NCBI GenBank assembly: GCA_963797095.1 | Contig: CAWCNY010000002.1 | Coordinates: 704,001 to 768,000 of the forward strand | Direction: 5' to 3' | Length of the DNA stretch: 64,000 bases | Origin: an uncultured Chloroflexia bacterium | GTDB lineage: Bacteria; Chloroflexota; Chloroflexia; QHBQ01; JADMIH01 | In this document: positions 1 to 9,245 of the stretch, in pieces | How the letters are laid out: each line of letters opens with the position of its first letter | How positions within the stretch are numbered: the stretch's first letter is position 1 | Program-made: the position numbers and the translations under genes | Notes under the pieces: model-generated | What the model saw: only the letters and a program-made list of their open reading frames with translations | What the model was told of the DNA's origin: nothing | The model's database searches: none

Positions 1-19
1 CACCCTGGCGGTTGCCGCG

Positions 20-2233
20 TTGGCTATTACCTCCGGTGCAGAATCAAGCGTCGGGGCCTCCCCTCACACTCCCGCCATCGTGGGCGTTCCCACCTGGGGT
101 GCCGATATTGTCGTCAACCCAACCCCACGGCAAACTCCATCCGGCATGCGCAACTCCGACGTAGCAATCAACCCCACCGATCCCAACAACCTGGTAGCCG
201 CTTTCGAAAACTCCAGCTACGTTGTCCTGGAAACCGATCATGCCTGGAGCACCGATGCCGGGCGTACCTGGCGCACAGGCGCTCTCACCAACTCCTGGGG
301 CTTGCCCGACTACGGTCCATTCGGCGATGTCAACGTGGCCTTCGATGCATACGGTACCTCCTATCTCTCCACCCTCGCCCTTTCTACTACCACCTCCCTG
401 CTGGCCGTAGTTACCTCCACCAACGGCATGTCGTGGAGTCAGCCCAGCATAGCGGCAACCTCCTTCTACACAGAGTATCGCTCCTATACAGACCTGTCCG
501 TAGATCAGCGTACCACCGGTCCATACGCGGGCAGCGTCTATCTCTTCTACTTCTACAGCAATGTGGCACTGGAGCCTTATTGGCGCGGCATCTGGCTGCG
601 CTATTCGCGTGATAGTGCTAAGACCTGGAACGGCGCAGACGTTCAGGTCTCCGATACCGGCCACTACTCATCCACCTTCCCAACTTCGGCGGTCGCTCCC
701 GACGGCACCGTCTACGCCGCCTGGGAGTTCCTCCCCGATGGCTACGTCTTCAACCCGCATGAGCTTTATCTGGATCGTAGCACCGACGGCGGCCAGACGT
801 GGGGTGTGGATCGCCTCATCACCGGCGCACCCATTCAAAATGCAGGCGGGCGTGACTTCGAGCAGAGAGAACTGGCCCTTACTGTGAAAACCGCTTGCAC
901 AGGCATATCCCTGCTGCGCCTTTACCATCGCCCATCTATTGCCCTCTCCCCATTCGATTCCAATACCGTTTACGTCGCCTGGACCGATGGCCGTTGGGAT
1001 ACCACCGATTTCGTCTGCGACCGAGATTTCAGGCATTCCGATGTAGCCTTCAGCAAGACCACCGACGGCGGCCTCACATGGTCTGCGCCAATCCGCATAA
1101 ACGATGACCCAATCGCAAACGGTATCGATCAATTTCTACCAACCCTGGCCGTATCCGCTGATGGCACTATCGGCGCTACCTGGTACGATAGGCGCGACGA
1201 CCCGCACAACAGTAACGCAATGTACGACCTGATGTACTCTCAATCTACCGATGGCGGCCTTACCTGGAGCCCCAACCGGCGGGTGAGTGATACCACCAGC
1301 GATCCGGACAATGTCCAGGATGTCAAATCAATAGACGAACTGGGCTCTCGCAAATCCCTTGTGTTCGGCCCCGACTACGTTATAGCCACCTGGCTCGACA
1401 CCAGGCTCGGCCAGCACCAGGGCGATCTCTTCCTTGATAGAGGCACATTCCCACTCATCACGCCGAGTCCCATCTCGATCCCCACTGACACCCCAACACC
1501 CACCGCCACTGTTGTGCCCACTAATACAAGCACATCCATACCAACTCTCACATCCACTCCCCTATCCATCCCCACCTCCACCTCCACCTCTACCGTCACT
1601 CCCACTATATGCTCCATCCAGTTCTCAGACGTGGCCGAGGGCAACACCTTTTATCCCTACATCCACTGCCTGGCCTGCCAGGGCATAATCAACGGCTATC
1701 CCGACGGCACCTTCCGCCCAGCCAACGCCGTCACCAGGGGCCAGCTTGCCAAAATAGTAGCTAACGCCGCCAACCTGTTTGATCCTCCCGGTTCCCAACT
1801 CTTCCAGGATGTGCCCCCAGGCTCAACCTTCTACGACTATATCCAGCGCCTGGCTAACCAGGGTTACATCTCAGGCTACCCATGCGGCAACCCTGAGCCG
1901 TGCGTATCCCCTGCCAACCTCCCTTACTTCCACCCCGCTACCCCTGTTTCGCGCGGCCAGATCACCAAAATAGTAGCCAACGCCGCCAACCTGTTTGATC
2001 CTCCCGGTTCCCAACTCTTCCAGGATGTGCCCCCAGGCTCAACCTTCTACGACTACATCCAGCGCCTGGCTAACCATGATGTGATGAGCGGTTACCCATG
2101 CGGCAACCCTGAGCCATGCGTCCCTCCCTCCAACCTACCCTATTTCCGCCCCAACGCGGGGGCCACCAGGGGTCAGGTCTCCAAGATCGTGTCCAACACC
2201 TTCTTCTCCGATTGCAATCCCCAGGCCCCCTAA
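20..2233 (+). CDS. Secreted/cell-surface BNR (Asp-box, sialidase-like) beta-propeller protein with Thr/Pro linker and C-terminal SLH repeats; probably 5'-truncated by the window edge
   Basis: Repeated S-x-D-G-G-x-T-W Asp-boxes (STDAGRTW, SRDSAKTW, STDGGQTW, STDGGLTW), TPTPTAT linker, SLH motifs (FSDV..FYPYIHCLACQGIINGYPDGTFRP..VTRGQ). The frame is open back to position 2. Confidence 0.85.
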   Translation: MAITSGAESSVGASPHTPAIVGVPTWGADIVVNPTPRQTPSGMRNSDVAINPTDPNNLVAAFENSSYVVLETDHAWSTDAGRTWRTGALTNSWGLPDYGPFGDVNVAFDAYGTSYLSTLALSTTTSLLAVVTSTNGMSWSQPSIAATSFYTEYRSYTDLSVDQRTTGPYAGSVYLFYFYSNVALEPYWRGIWLRYSRDSAKTWNGADVQVSDTGHYSSTFPTSAVAPDGTVYAAWEFLPDGYVFNPHELYLDRSTDGGQTWGVDRLITGAPIQNAGGRDFEQRELALTVKTACTGISLLRLYHRPSIALSPFDSNTVYVAWTDGRWDTTDFVCDRDFRHSDVAFSKTTDGGLTWSAPIRINDDPIANGIDQFLPTLAVSADGTIGATWYDRRDDPHNSNAMYDLMYSQSTDGGLTWSPNRRVSDTTSDPDNVQDVKSIDELGSRKSLVFGPDYVIATWLDTRLGQHQGDLFLDRGTFPLITPSPISIPTDTPTPTATVVPTNTSTSIPTLTSTPLSIPTSTSTSTVTPTICSIQFSDVAEGNTFYPYIHCLACQGIINGYPDGTFRPANAVTRGQLAKIVANAANLFDPPGSQLFQDVPPGSTFYDYIQRLANQGYISGYPCGNPEPCVSPANLPYFHPATPVSRGQITKIVANAANLFDPPGSQLFQDVPPGSTFYDYIQRLANHDVMSGYPCGNPEPCVPPSNLPYFRPNAGATRGQVSKIVSNTFFSDCNPQAP

Positions 2234-2382
2234 CACTCCTTCATAGAAATTACTTTCATCAAAAGAATATTTTTCCTACAGAATGACCTTACCTTTGGGC
2301 ACAGTTACTGCTACACTTAAGCTTGACGTACCACGGGCAAACCTGACTATATTGCTCACAGCCTACATAGGAGGCATATAAA

Positions 2383-2592
2383 ATGAACGCAACTCTCACC
2401 GATACCACCGGCCAGGCACTCGCCAACACCGCGCAGCAGCTTGATCAGTTGATCCACCAGGTTCGCAGCCAGATCGCCAACGTCCGCGAACCCAAAGCAC
2501 AGGCCCTCTTCGAGACCACAGCCGAAGTACTTATCGGCCTCAAGAAAGCCTACACCGACTACAAGACCGGCGGCGAAGACGCCTGGAAGTAA
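2383..2592 (+). CDS. Small conserved-looking helical hypothetical protein (69 aa)
   Basis: AGGAGG Shine-Dalgarno ~9 nt before the ATG; host-like codon use; amphipathic EPKAQALFETTAEVL segment. Confidence 0.75.
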   Translation: MNATLTDTTGQALANTAQQLDQLIHQVRSQIANVREPKAQALFETTAEVLIGLKKAYTDYKTGGEDAWK

Positions 2593-2633
2593 GCAACCTG
2601 ATATGTCTGCATGACATATCAGATTCCCAACAA

Positions 2634-2776
2634 GAACATGAAACATCCAGAATTTTAGATTCAGCTTCGCAAACGTGCAATCTGGTTCTAAAATAGCCAA
2701 AATGGCGGCGAAGCCGCCATTTTGGCTATTTTAGAATGCCCCTCCCCGAAATTTCGGGGAGGGGTTGGGGTGGGGT
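2634..2776. repeat. Dispersed intergenic hairpin/REP-like element, copy 1
   Basis: Perfect 24-bp stem 2686-2709/2713-2736 with GAA loop, followed by the perfect palindrome CCCCTCCCCGAAATTTCGGGGAGGGG (2739-2764). Homologous to 37671-37887 and 46391-46504. Confidence 0.85.
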
Positions 2777-2873
2777 CGTTGGGCGTTTCCAATCTATTTT
2801 GCGCACGAATCGAAAATTCGAGATGTCTTATGACTTATTTACTACCTCTTTTCCTAACTGGTGAGCCAAACAC

Positions 2874-5270
2874 TCACAAAATCTGGTGCACTCCCGCAAA
2901 CCGAGTTGCCTGGTTGCGCGAGGTAACTCCTAGCTTGCTGTAAATAGACCGCAAATGCGCATGCACAGTGTGGAAACTGAGCGTAAGGTGCTCCGCTATC
3001 TCCGCATATGTTAGCCCGGCGACTAGCAGCCGCAACACCTCAAGCTCCCTGTCCGTCAGATCATAGGGATTCTGCGTAGAGATTTGCGCCTCCGCTCCTG
3101 CGACCTGTGGAAGCTCTTCCACCGCCAGGGCGTATGCGCTGTCGAGCGACATTGCCCTGCCCTCTGCCCAGGCCGCCTTCCATCCGTCCGCATCCATTTG
3201 TGCCGCCCCACGCTCCAAATCCCGCTCGTAAGCCAGGCGCTGGCTCTCGTACATGGTAGCCCCGGTCTGCTCGCGTAGTGCCTCGGCTGCCCCGAACAAC
3301 CGCGCTGCCCTCTCAGGCTGCCCCACAGCCGCCCACACCCCCGCCAGGTCAGCCAGGTCCACCGAAACCCCCGGCTTATCGCCCAACTCCCCTGTCAAAA
3401 TAAGGCTTTCGGTCAGCAGCTTGTGCGCGCCCGCATCGTCCCCTTGATGGTGCTTCATTTGGCCGAGATTGTGCAGCGCTGCCGTCAGGTAATACTTGTC
3501 CTGCAACTCGCGCCCGATATCCAGGCACTCCTCATACGCCCTGGCTGCTCGTTCAAAATCCCCCTGGTATCGCAACGCCAGGCCCAGGTTGTTAAGCGCC
3601 TGTGCGGTACCTCGCTTATCCTCCATCACCCTCCACTCGGCCAGGTTTCTCTCAAAATAACCTTGTGCCAGCACAAAATCGCTCCTGTATATCGCCACCA
3701 ACCCCAGGCTGTTGAGAGCGTACATCTCACCCCTTATATCCCCCAGCGTGCCCCATAGCGCAAGACTCTCCTCCAATATGGCTTCTGCATGTGCGTAATC
3801 GCCCTGCCGCAGGGCAAGCCTCCCAGCCCCGTTCAATGCTTCCGCCCTCAATGCTGCCGGTAAAGTGTCTTTGTTTGCCAGTATGGCATCCAGCCAATGT
3901 TGGCCTTCGCCCAGGTGGCCGCGCAATAGCCAGAATCTCCACAGCGCCACGGCCATCCGCGCCCCGATCTCAGGTTCACTCTCCACAGTCCACGCCAGCG
4001 CTGCCCGCAGATTATCGTGCTCCTCCTCCAATCGTGTCAGCCATATCTGCTGGTCGGGGCCTGCCATCCCCCTCTCTGCTTCCTCCGCCAGGGCCATATA
4101 ATACCGCGCGTGCGCCCGCCGCGTGTTCCCCACCTCGCCGCTCGCGGCCAACTGCTCCACGGCGTACTCCCTGATCGTCTCCAGCATATAGAGCCTGCTT
4201 TGTACAACCTTCGTATCCTCTTGCCTCAACAAACTCTTGTCCACCAGCGAAGCCAGTGCTTCCAGCAGACCTGTTTCGTCCGCTCCCGCCTCACCCACCG
4301 GGTTACATACCGCAGCTACACCCTCGAGAGTGCAACCCCCGATGAAAACGGACAGCCGCCGGAACAATTGCTGCTCGTCCCGCTCAAGCAAATCGTAGCT
4401 CCACCCTATGGCGTCGCGCAATGTCTGGTGCCGGGCGGGCGCATCTCTCGTGCCGCTTGTCAGCCACGGCAACCTGCGCTCTAACCGTGCCAGCATCGCT
4501 ACCGGCGAAAGCAAGCGAATGCGCGATGCCGCCAACTCAATAGCGAGCGGCAGCCCGTCCAGGTGATGGCAAATAGCGGCCACTTCTGCAGCGTTTGCCT
4601 GGGTTAGCATGAAATCGGGCTGTGCTGCCTGTGCCCTGGTTACAAACAGGCGCACCGCCTCTACCCGCGCCAGAAATTCGAGCGGTGGGAGATGTTGCAG
4701 ATCAGGCAGCGTCATGGGTGGAACCGGATAACCCTGCTCCCCCGACAGACGAAGCACCTCGCGACTCGTTACCAACACCTTGAGCCTGACGCACGCGCTC
4801 AATAGTGCCGCCACACCCGCAGCCGCGTCAATCACCTGCTCGAAATTGTCCAGCACCAGCAATACCTTCCGGTGGTCGATCAAATCTTGCAGGCGATCCA
4901 GCATAGCAGGCTGCCCGCCAAGTTTACTCGCCTCGCGCAGCCCCATCGCCTGGCCGATTGCAGGCAATACCAGGCTCGCATCGCTTAGCCCTGCCAGCGA
5001 TACGCAACACACCCCTTCCGGAAATTCGTTGCGCACCGCATCGGCCACCGCCAGCGCCAGCCTGGTCTTCCCTATTCCTCCGGGCCCGGTAAGCGTTAGC
5101 AGGCGCACCCCCGCCCGCCCAAGCAGCGCGCACACCTCCGCCACCTCCCTTTCCCGCCCGATAAATGGGGTTGGCGGCGTGGGCAAGCGCAAAGTGGGTG
5201 GCGCAGGTGTGGCGTCAAGCGTTTCGGCAGGGGTGTTGCTTGCGTCCTGGGTGGGGGTCTCGCCGTCCAT
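2874..5270 (-). CDS. LuxR-family regulator with N-terminal STAND/NB-ARC-like NTPase and TPR repeats
   Basis: FIGRERE, Walker A GPGGIGKT, Walker B LLVLDNFE, GLPLAIELAA, TPR helices, C-terminal LTDRELEVLRLL..HLRSIYSKLGV HTH. Confidence 0.92.
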   Translation of the reverse strand: MDGETPTQDASNTPAETLDATPAPPTLRLPTPPTPFIGREREVAEVCALLGRAGVRLLTLTGPGGIGKTRLALAVADAVRNEFPEGVCCVSLAGLSDASLVLPAIGQAMGLREASKLGGQPAMLDRLQDLIDHRKVLLVLDNFEQVIDAAAGVAALLSACVRLKVLVTSREVLRLSGEQGYPVPPMTLPDLQHLPPLEFLARVEAVRLFVTRAQAAQPDFMLTQANAAEVAAICHHLDGLPLAIELAASRIRLLSPVAMLARLERRLPWLTSGTRDAPARHQTLRDAIGWSYDLLERDEQQLFRRLSVFIGGCTLEGVAAVCNPVGEAGADETGLLEALASLVDKSLLRQEDTKVVQSRLYMLETIREYAVEQLAASGEVGNTRRAHARYYMALAEEAERGMAGPDQQIWLTRLEEEHDNLRAALAWTVESEPEIGARMAVALWRFWLLRGHLGEGQHWLDAILANKDTLPAALRAEALNGAGRLALRQGDYAHAEAILEESLALWGTLGDIRGEMYALNSLGLVAIYRSDFVLAQGYFERNLAEWRVMEDKRGTAQALNNLGLALRYQGDFERAARAYEECLDIGRELQDKYYLTAALHNLGQMKHHQGDDAGAHKLLTESLILTGELGDKPGVSVDLADLAGVWAAVGQPERAARLFGAAEALREQTGATMYESQRLAYERDLERGAAQMDADGWKAAWAEGRAMSLDSAYALAVEELPQVAGAEAQISTQNPYDLTDRELEVLRLLVAGLTYAEIAEHLTLSFHTVHAHLRSIYSKLGVTSRNQATRFAGVHQIL

Positions 5271-5530
5271 GTTGCGAATTACTATCTGTCATCTACGCCA
5301 TCTACCGCAATCGATCATTCCGCTCATCTCATGGCCCTGGGCTACCCGCTGACCTCTCCGGCAGACGAACTTTACGCACTCATGGGCAGTATATCATACA
5401 TAGGGCGTCCCCGAGGCGTCCCCTATTCAGGCGGGATGCCTATGAGCCTAAAATCTGATTCTGAAATAGACAAAGTGCCCGGTGCAGCCGAACACTTTGT
5501 CTATCTTAGAGAGCACTTTACCTGTATTGG

Positions 5531-5728
5531 CTATTGATTGCGCATCCTCGGATCGAGTGCGTCCCGGAACGCATCTCCTATCAGGTTCCACCCAAGCACG
5601 AACAATAGCAAAGCCGTGCCAGGAAATACTACTATATACCAGTATGTAGATAGATTAGGTATCCAGTTGCGCGCAAAACTGACCAACTGCCCCCAGTCGG
5701 CATAGCCCGCCCCCGGCCCAAGCCCCAG
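5531..5728 (-). pseudogene. 3' remnant of peptide ABC permease (OppC/DppC-type)
   Basis: My translation of the minus strand: LGLGPGAGYADWGQLVSFARNWIPNLSTYWYIVVFPGTALLLFVLGWNLIGDAFRDALDPRMRNQ*, a typical OppC C-terminus. It has no start and is not in the ORF track. Confidence 0.85.
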
Positions 5729-5867
5729 GCGTGCGCGGCGGGCTGCTCACGTACAGCGCGGCCCGCTCCACCGGGTCGAGCGATTGCAACATGGAGAACA
5801 CAAGCACGCTCAGCCCGAACAGCCTGATCGGTAATATCGACAGGCGGCGCAAGATATACATTCCCAT
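5721..5867 (-). pseudogene. 5' remnant of peptide ABC permease (OppB/DppB-type)
   Basis: MGMYILRRLSILPIRLFGLSVLVFSMLQSLDP is a typical OppB N-terminus; homology stops after ~49 codons. Confidence 0.8.
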
Positions 5868-5953
5868 AGAACTTCCCCTTTTGGGCCCCCATTTTTACGC
5901 TATGGACGGTGGACGATGGCGTTGTCGGCCATCGTCCATCATCTATCGTCTTA

Positions 5954-6325
5954 CTACTGGCTCTTTGACAGAGAGTAGAGGTATATACCCGAATAACCGG
6001 GATTGTAGTAATAACCCTTCACCCAGGACTGCTCGTAGTGGCGGCCCTGAGGCTGCGTCAGGAAGATATCGAGTGCATTCTCATAAGCGATGTTCTGCAC
6101 CTGCTTGTACAGGTCAGTACGCTCGTTATCGTCCGTGCTCGAAACTGCCTTCACGATCAGGTCGTCAATCTGCTTTTGCAGGTCGGCAGGGAAGTTTTGC
6201 GCAGACGAGTACGCTCCACTGCTCGACATATACGGCTGCACCCAGTTATGCGGGTCGCTGAAGTCTTGCTGCCAGCCAAGCATAAAGAGGCCCAGTGTGC
6301 CGTTGGTCGTCTCGTCCAGGAACGA
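5954..6325 (-). pseudogene. 3' remnant of peptide ABC substrate-binding protein (OppA/DppA, SBP family 5)
   Basis: LFMLGWQQDFSDPHNW..IDDLIVKAVSSTDDNERTDLYKQVQ..VKGYYYNP; the 5' ~75% is missing and does not resume after the intron. Confidence 0.85.
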
Positions 6326-6352
6326 AGTGTCACTTTGAATTTTGAGTGTCCC

Positions 6353-8845
6353 GTGCGATACGAGGTCGCTTCGTATGAGTGGTTGAATGTCAAAACCAAT
6401 CAACCCAGGCTAGTGTCCAAAGCCTGTTCCCAATCCTCACGTGCGTCATGATAACATGAGGTGCGAAGCTGGGGATAACGCCTAAGCCGACGGCCAGCCA
6501 ACGGTACAGAGCGGGCTAGGGAAAACCTGGACGGATGAACGCGAGTGAACCCTTGATGAGGCTTCGTTACAAATAGTCGCCGGATGTTGGCTAACAAAGA
6601 CGGCGATGCTGGGTCAAGAGGCAGGCGTCGGGACATGTCTGCTAAAGGTCAGGGAAGCGTGCAATTCTCTGACTGGGACACCAGACCCCGGAGTAAAGAG
6701 GGCATCCAACCCAGGTGTATCTCATCGATGCGGAACGTAGTAACCCCAATGAAGTCTGGCCTGGTGTGCAACTACCAAGTTGCAAACCGGACCAGTAAGC
6801 CAACCGCAAGGAAGGCCCAATGCTTCAGTGGGATAAGGATGGTCTAAGAAGCGAATGCCAGCAGCCGAAAGGCAAGGGAAATTCATAACCCGCTGGATAG
6901 GGCCGCTCACTGCACTGAGACACAGGAGCGGGAATACCCAACCTGAAAGGGTGCTGACGTAGACCGGGTGAACCTCCTAAAGAACCGCGTGATGATTGCT
7001 AATCGAGGGAAATGTTAGATGCGTGAGGAAGCTTTGCTCACTGCAAACGGAACCGACAGACCAGCCGAAGGGAATGCCGAAAGACATACCGACTGGAACA
7101 GCGTCAACTGGCGCAAAGCCAACCGGCAGGTTCGCAATCTGAGACAACGTATCTTTAGGGCATCTCAGGCGGGTGACCTCAAAAAGGTCCGCTCGCTACA
7201 GAAGCTCATGCTGCGTAGTTACTCCAACACGCTCATGAGCGTGCGCCAGGTAACACAGGTAAACGCCGGTAAGCGCACAGCGGGCGTAGACAAGGTGGTT
7301 GTGAAAACACCACAGGCCAGAGGGCAGCTCGTGGACCAACTGTCCACGTACCAGCCATGGCGCGCCCAACCTGTGCGACGAGTGTACATACCGAAAACCA
7401 ACGGCAAACTACGTCCCCTTGGCATCCCGACCATCATTGACCGCTGCCTACAGGCAAAGGTCAAGAACGCGCTAGAGCCGTACTGGGAAGCTCGCTTTGA
7501 AGCTACTAGCTATGGTTTCCGGATAGGAAGGGGCTGCCATGATGCCATTGCTCAAATCTTCTGCTTGGCCTGTCCTGACAGACGGAAGAAGTGGGTGGTT
7601 GATGCAGACATCAAGGGGGCGTTCGACAACATCAGCCATGAACACTTGCTCCAAACCGTTGGTGGGTTCCCGGCCAGGGAGCTAATCAAGCAGTGGCTGA
7701 AAGCAGGCTACATGGAAGGTGGAGTATTCCACGAAACCGAAGCGGGAACTCCGCAGGGTGGCGTGGTCAGTCCGCTGTTGGCAAACATTGCTCTGCACGG
7801 CATGGAAGAAGCCCTCGGCGTGTTCCGCAAACAGGGCATAATCCGCAGCAGCCGTGCAGTAGTGAGATATGCAGATGACGAAGTCGTCTTTTGTGAGAGC
7901 CGGGAAGATGCTGAACAAGCAATCGTTACCCTAGCCGAGTGGCTGAAGAAACGGGGTCTTACCCTCTCCGAGGAGAAAACCCGCATCGTCCACATAACGG
8001 AAGGGTTTGACTTTCTGGGCTTCAACATCAGGCAGTACAAAACACCCAAGACCGCAAGGTCAGGGTACAAGCTGCTAATCAAAGCCGAGCAAGCAATCGG
8101 TACAAAAGGTGCGGGAGAAACTGCGAAACGAGTGGCGCTCCATGCGGGGTGCCAACGTGGGAGCAGTACTGAGAAGGCTCAACCCCATCATCAGAGGGTG
8201 GGCCAACTACTTCCGTGCAGTCGTTGCAAAACGCACGTTCGCAAACCTGGACAATTGGATGTTCCAACGAGCAGTCCGGTATGCCAGGTACACCCACCCG
8301 ACCAAGTCCTGGAAATGGATAAGCAAGCGGTACTGGGGCAGGCTGAACTCAGCACGCAATGACCACTGGGTGTTTGGTGACAAACCTTCAGGATCATACA
8401 TGCTGAAGTTCAGTTGGTTCCCAATCGAACGACATGTGCTGGTACGAGGCACAGCCTCACCCGATGATCCCAATCTTCGGGAATATTGGGCGAAGCGGCA
8501 GAAGACGAAAGCCAGAGAGTTGCCGCCCAAAGAACGGCAACTCGCCAAAGACCAGAACTATGTCTGCCGAAGGTGTGGGATGACGCTGTTCAACGGAGAG
8601 GAGCTACACACCCATCACCTGCAACCGCGAAGCAAGGGAGGCAAGGATGTGCGAGAGAACACGACACTCGTCCACCTCTACTGCCACCAACAGATACACG
8701 GTACTGAAGCTGAATATCCCTGATGCATTGGTACTGTAGGCTGAGAACTGAGATGCCTAGTGGTTTGCTTGAGCCGTGTGCCGGGTGACTGGCACGCACG
8801 GTTCTGAGGGGGGCGGGGCGCAGTGATGTGGTCCGCCTACCCGAC
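6353..8845 (+). mobile_element. Group II intron (IIB/chloroplast-like type)
   Basis: 5' GTGCG at 6353; domain V GAGCCGTGTGCCGGGTGACTGGCACGCACGGTTC (8771-8804); domain VI ending CCTACCCGAC at 8845; RT ORF inside. Confidence 0.9.
7019..8723 (+). pseudogene. ltrA: Group II intron RT/maturase/HNH endonuclease, split by a 1-nt insertion at ~8081-8084
   Basis: RVT_N ([24 protein letters not shown]), [32 protein letters not shown]. Removing one A in ATCAAAGCCG restores [18 protein letters not shown] into domain X ([12 protein letters not shown]) and HNH (CRRCG..HH..HLYCH). Confidence 0.88.
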
Positions 8846-9245
8846 TGATTTGCGACTTTCGTTGTCGCTGGTTCATATATGAACCATCTGTCCCATGCAC
8901 GGAGAGATAATTGTGGGCAGACAGATCAATGACCACGCGAGCGCGGAGAATTAGCCTGGCGTCCTCTAGCGGCTGAGGTGAACATACTGGCAAGTAAACG
9001 CGTCCTACAGTACACTGGTGATATTCGCTTTACCAATTGCTGCGACGACTATTATTCCGGGCATAAACTTCACCCACATACCCACATACCCACGGGCCCC
9101 GAGGGCAGCGTTCGAAACCCCGGCGACCCGCCAGGCTCGTTAGCAAGGGCAGGTGCGGCACCCTGTGATCCCTTTCCAGCCCTCAGTCCTCGGCCCGGCC
9201 GGATCCACGTGCGCAAACCAGGTACAGTCTCGGGAGACACGACGA

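Noticed and set aside
5331-5537. 68-aa ORF and other short ORF-track calls in intergenic or intron RNA regions (e.g. 6400-6910)
   Set aside because: No RBS or motifs; they overlap promoter DNA or structured intron RNA
7019-8723. Retron, DGR or defence-associated RT with a separate HNH partner gene
   Set aside because: Group II intron 5' end, domains V/VI, domain X and HNH are all present; the two ORFs are one frameshifted IEP
9100-9160. SRP (4.5S) RNA
   Set aside because: CCAGG is present but the conserved GGAA tetraloop/AGCAG helix-8 motif is missing
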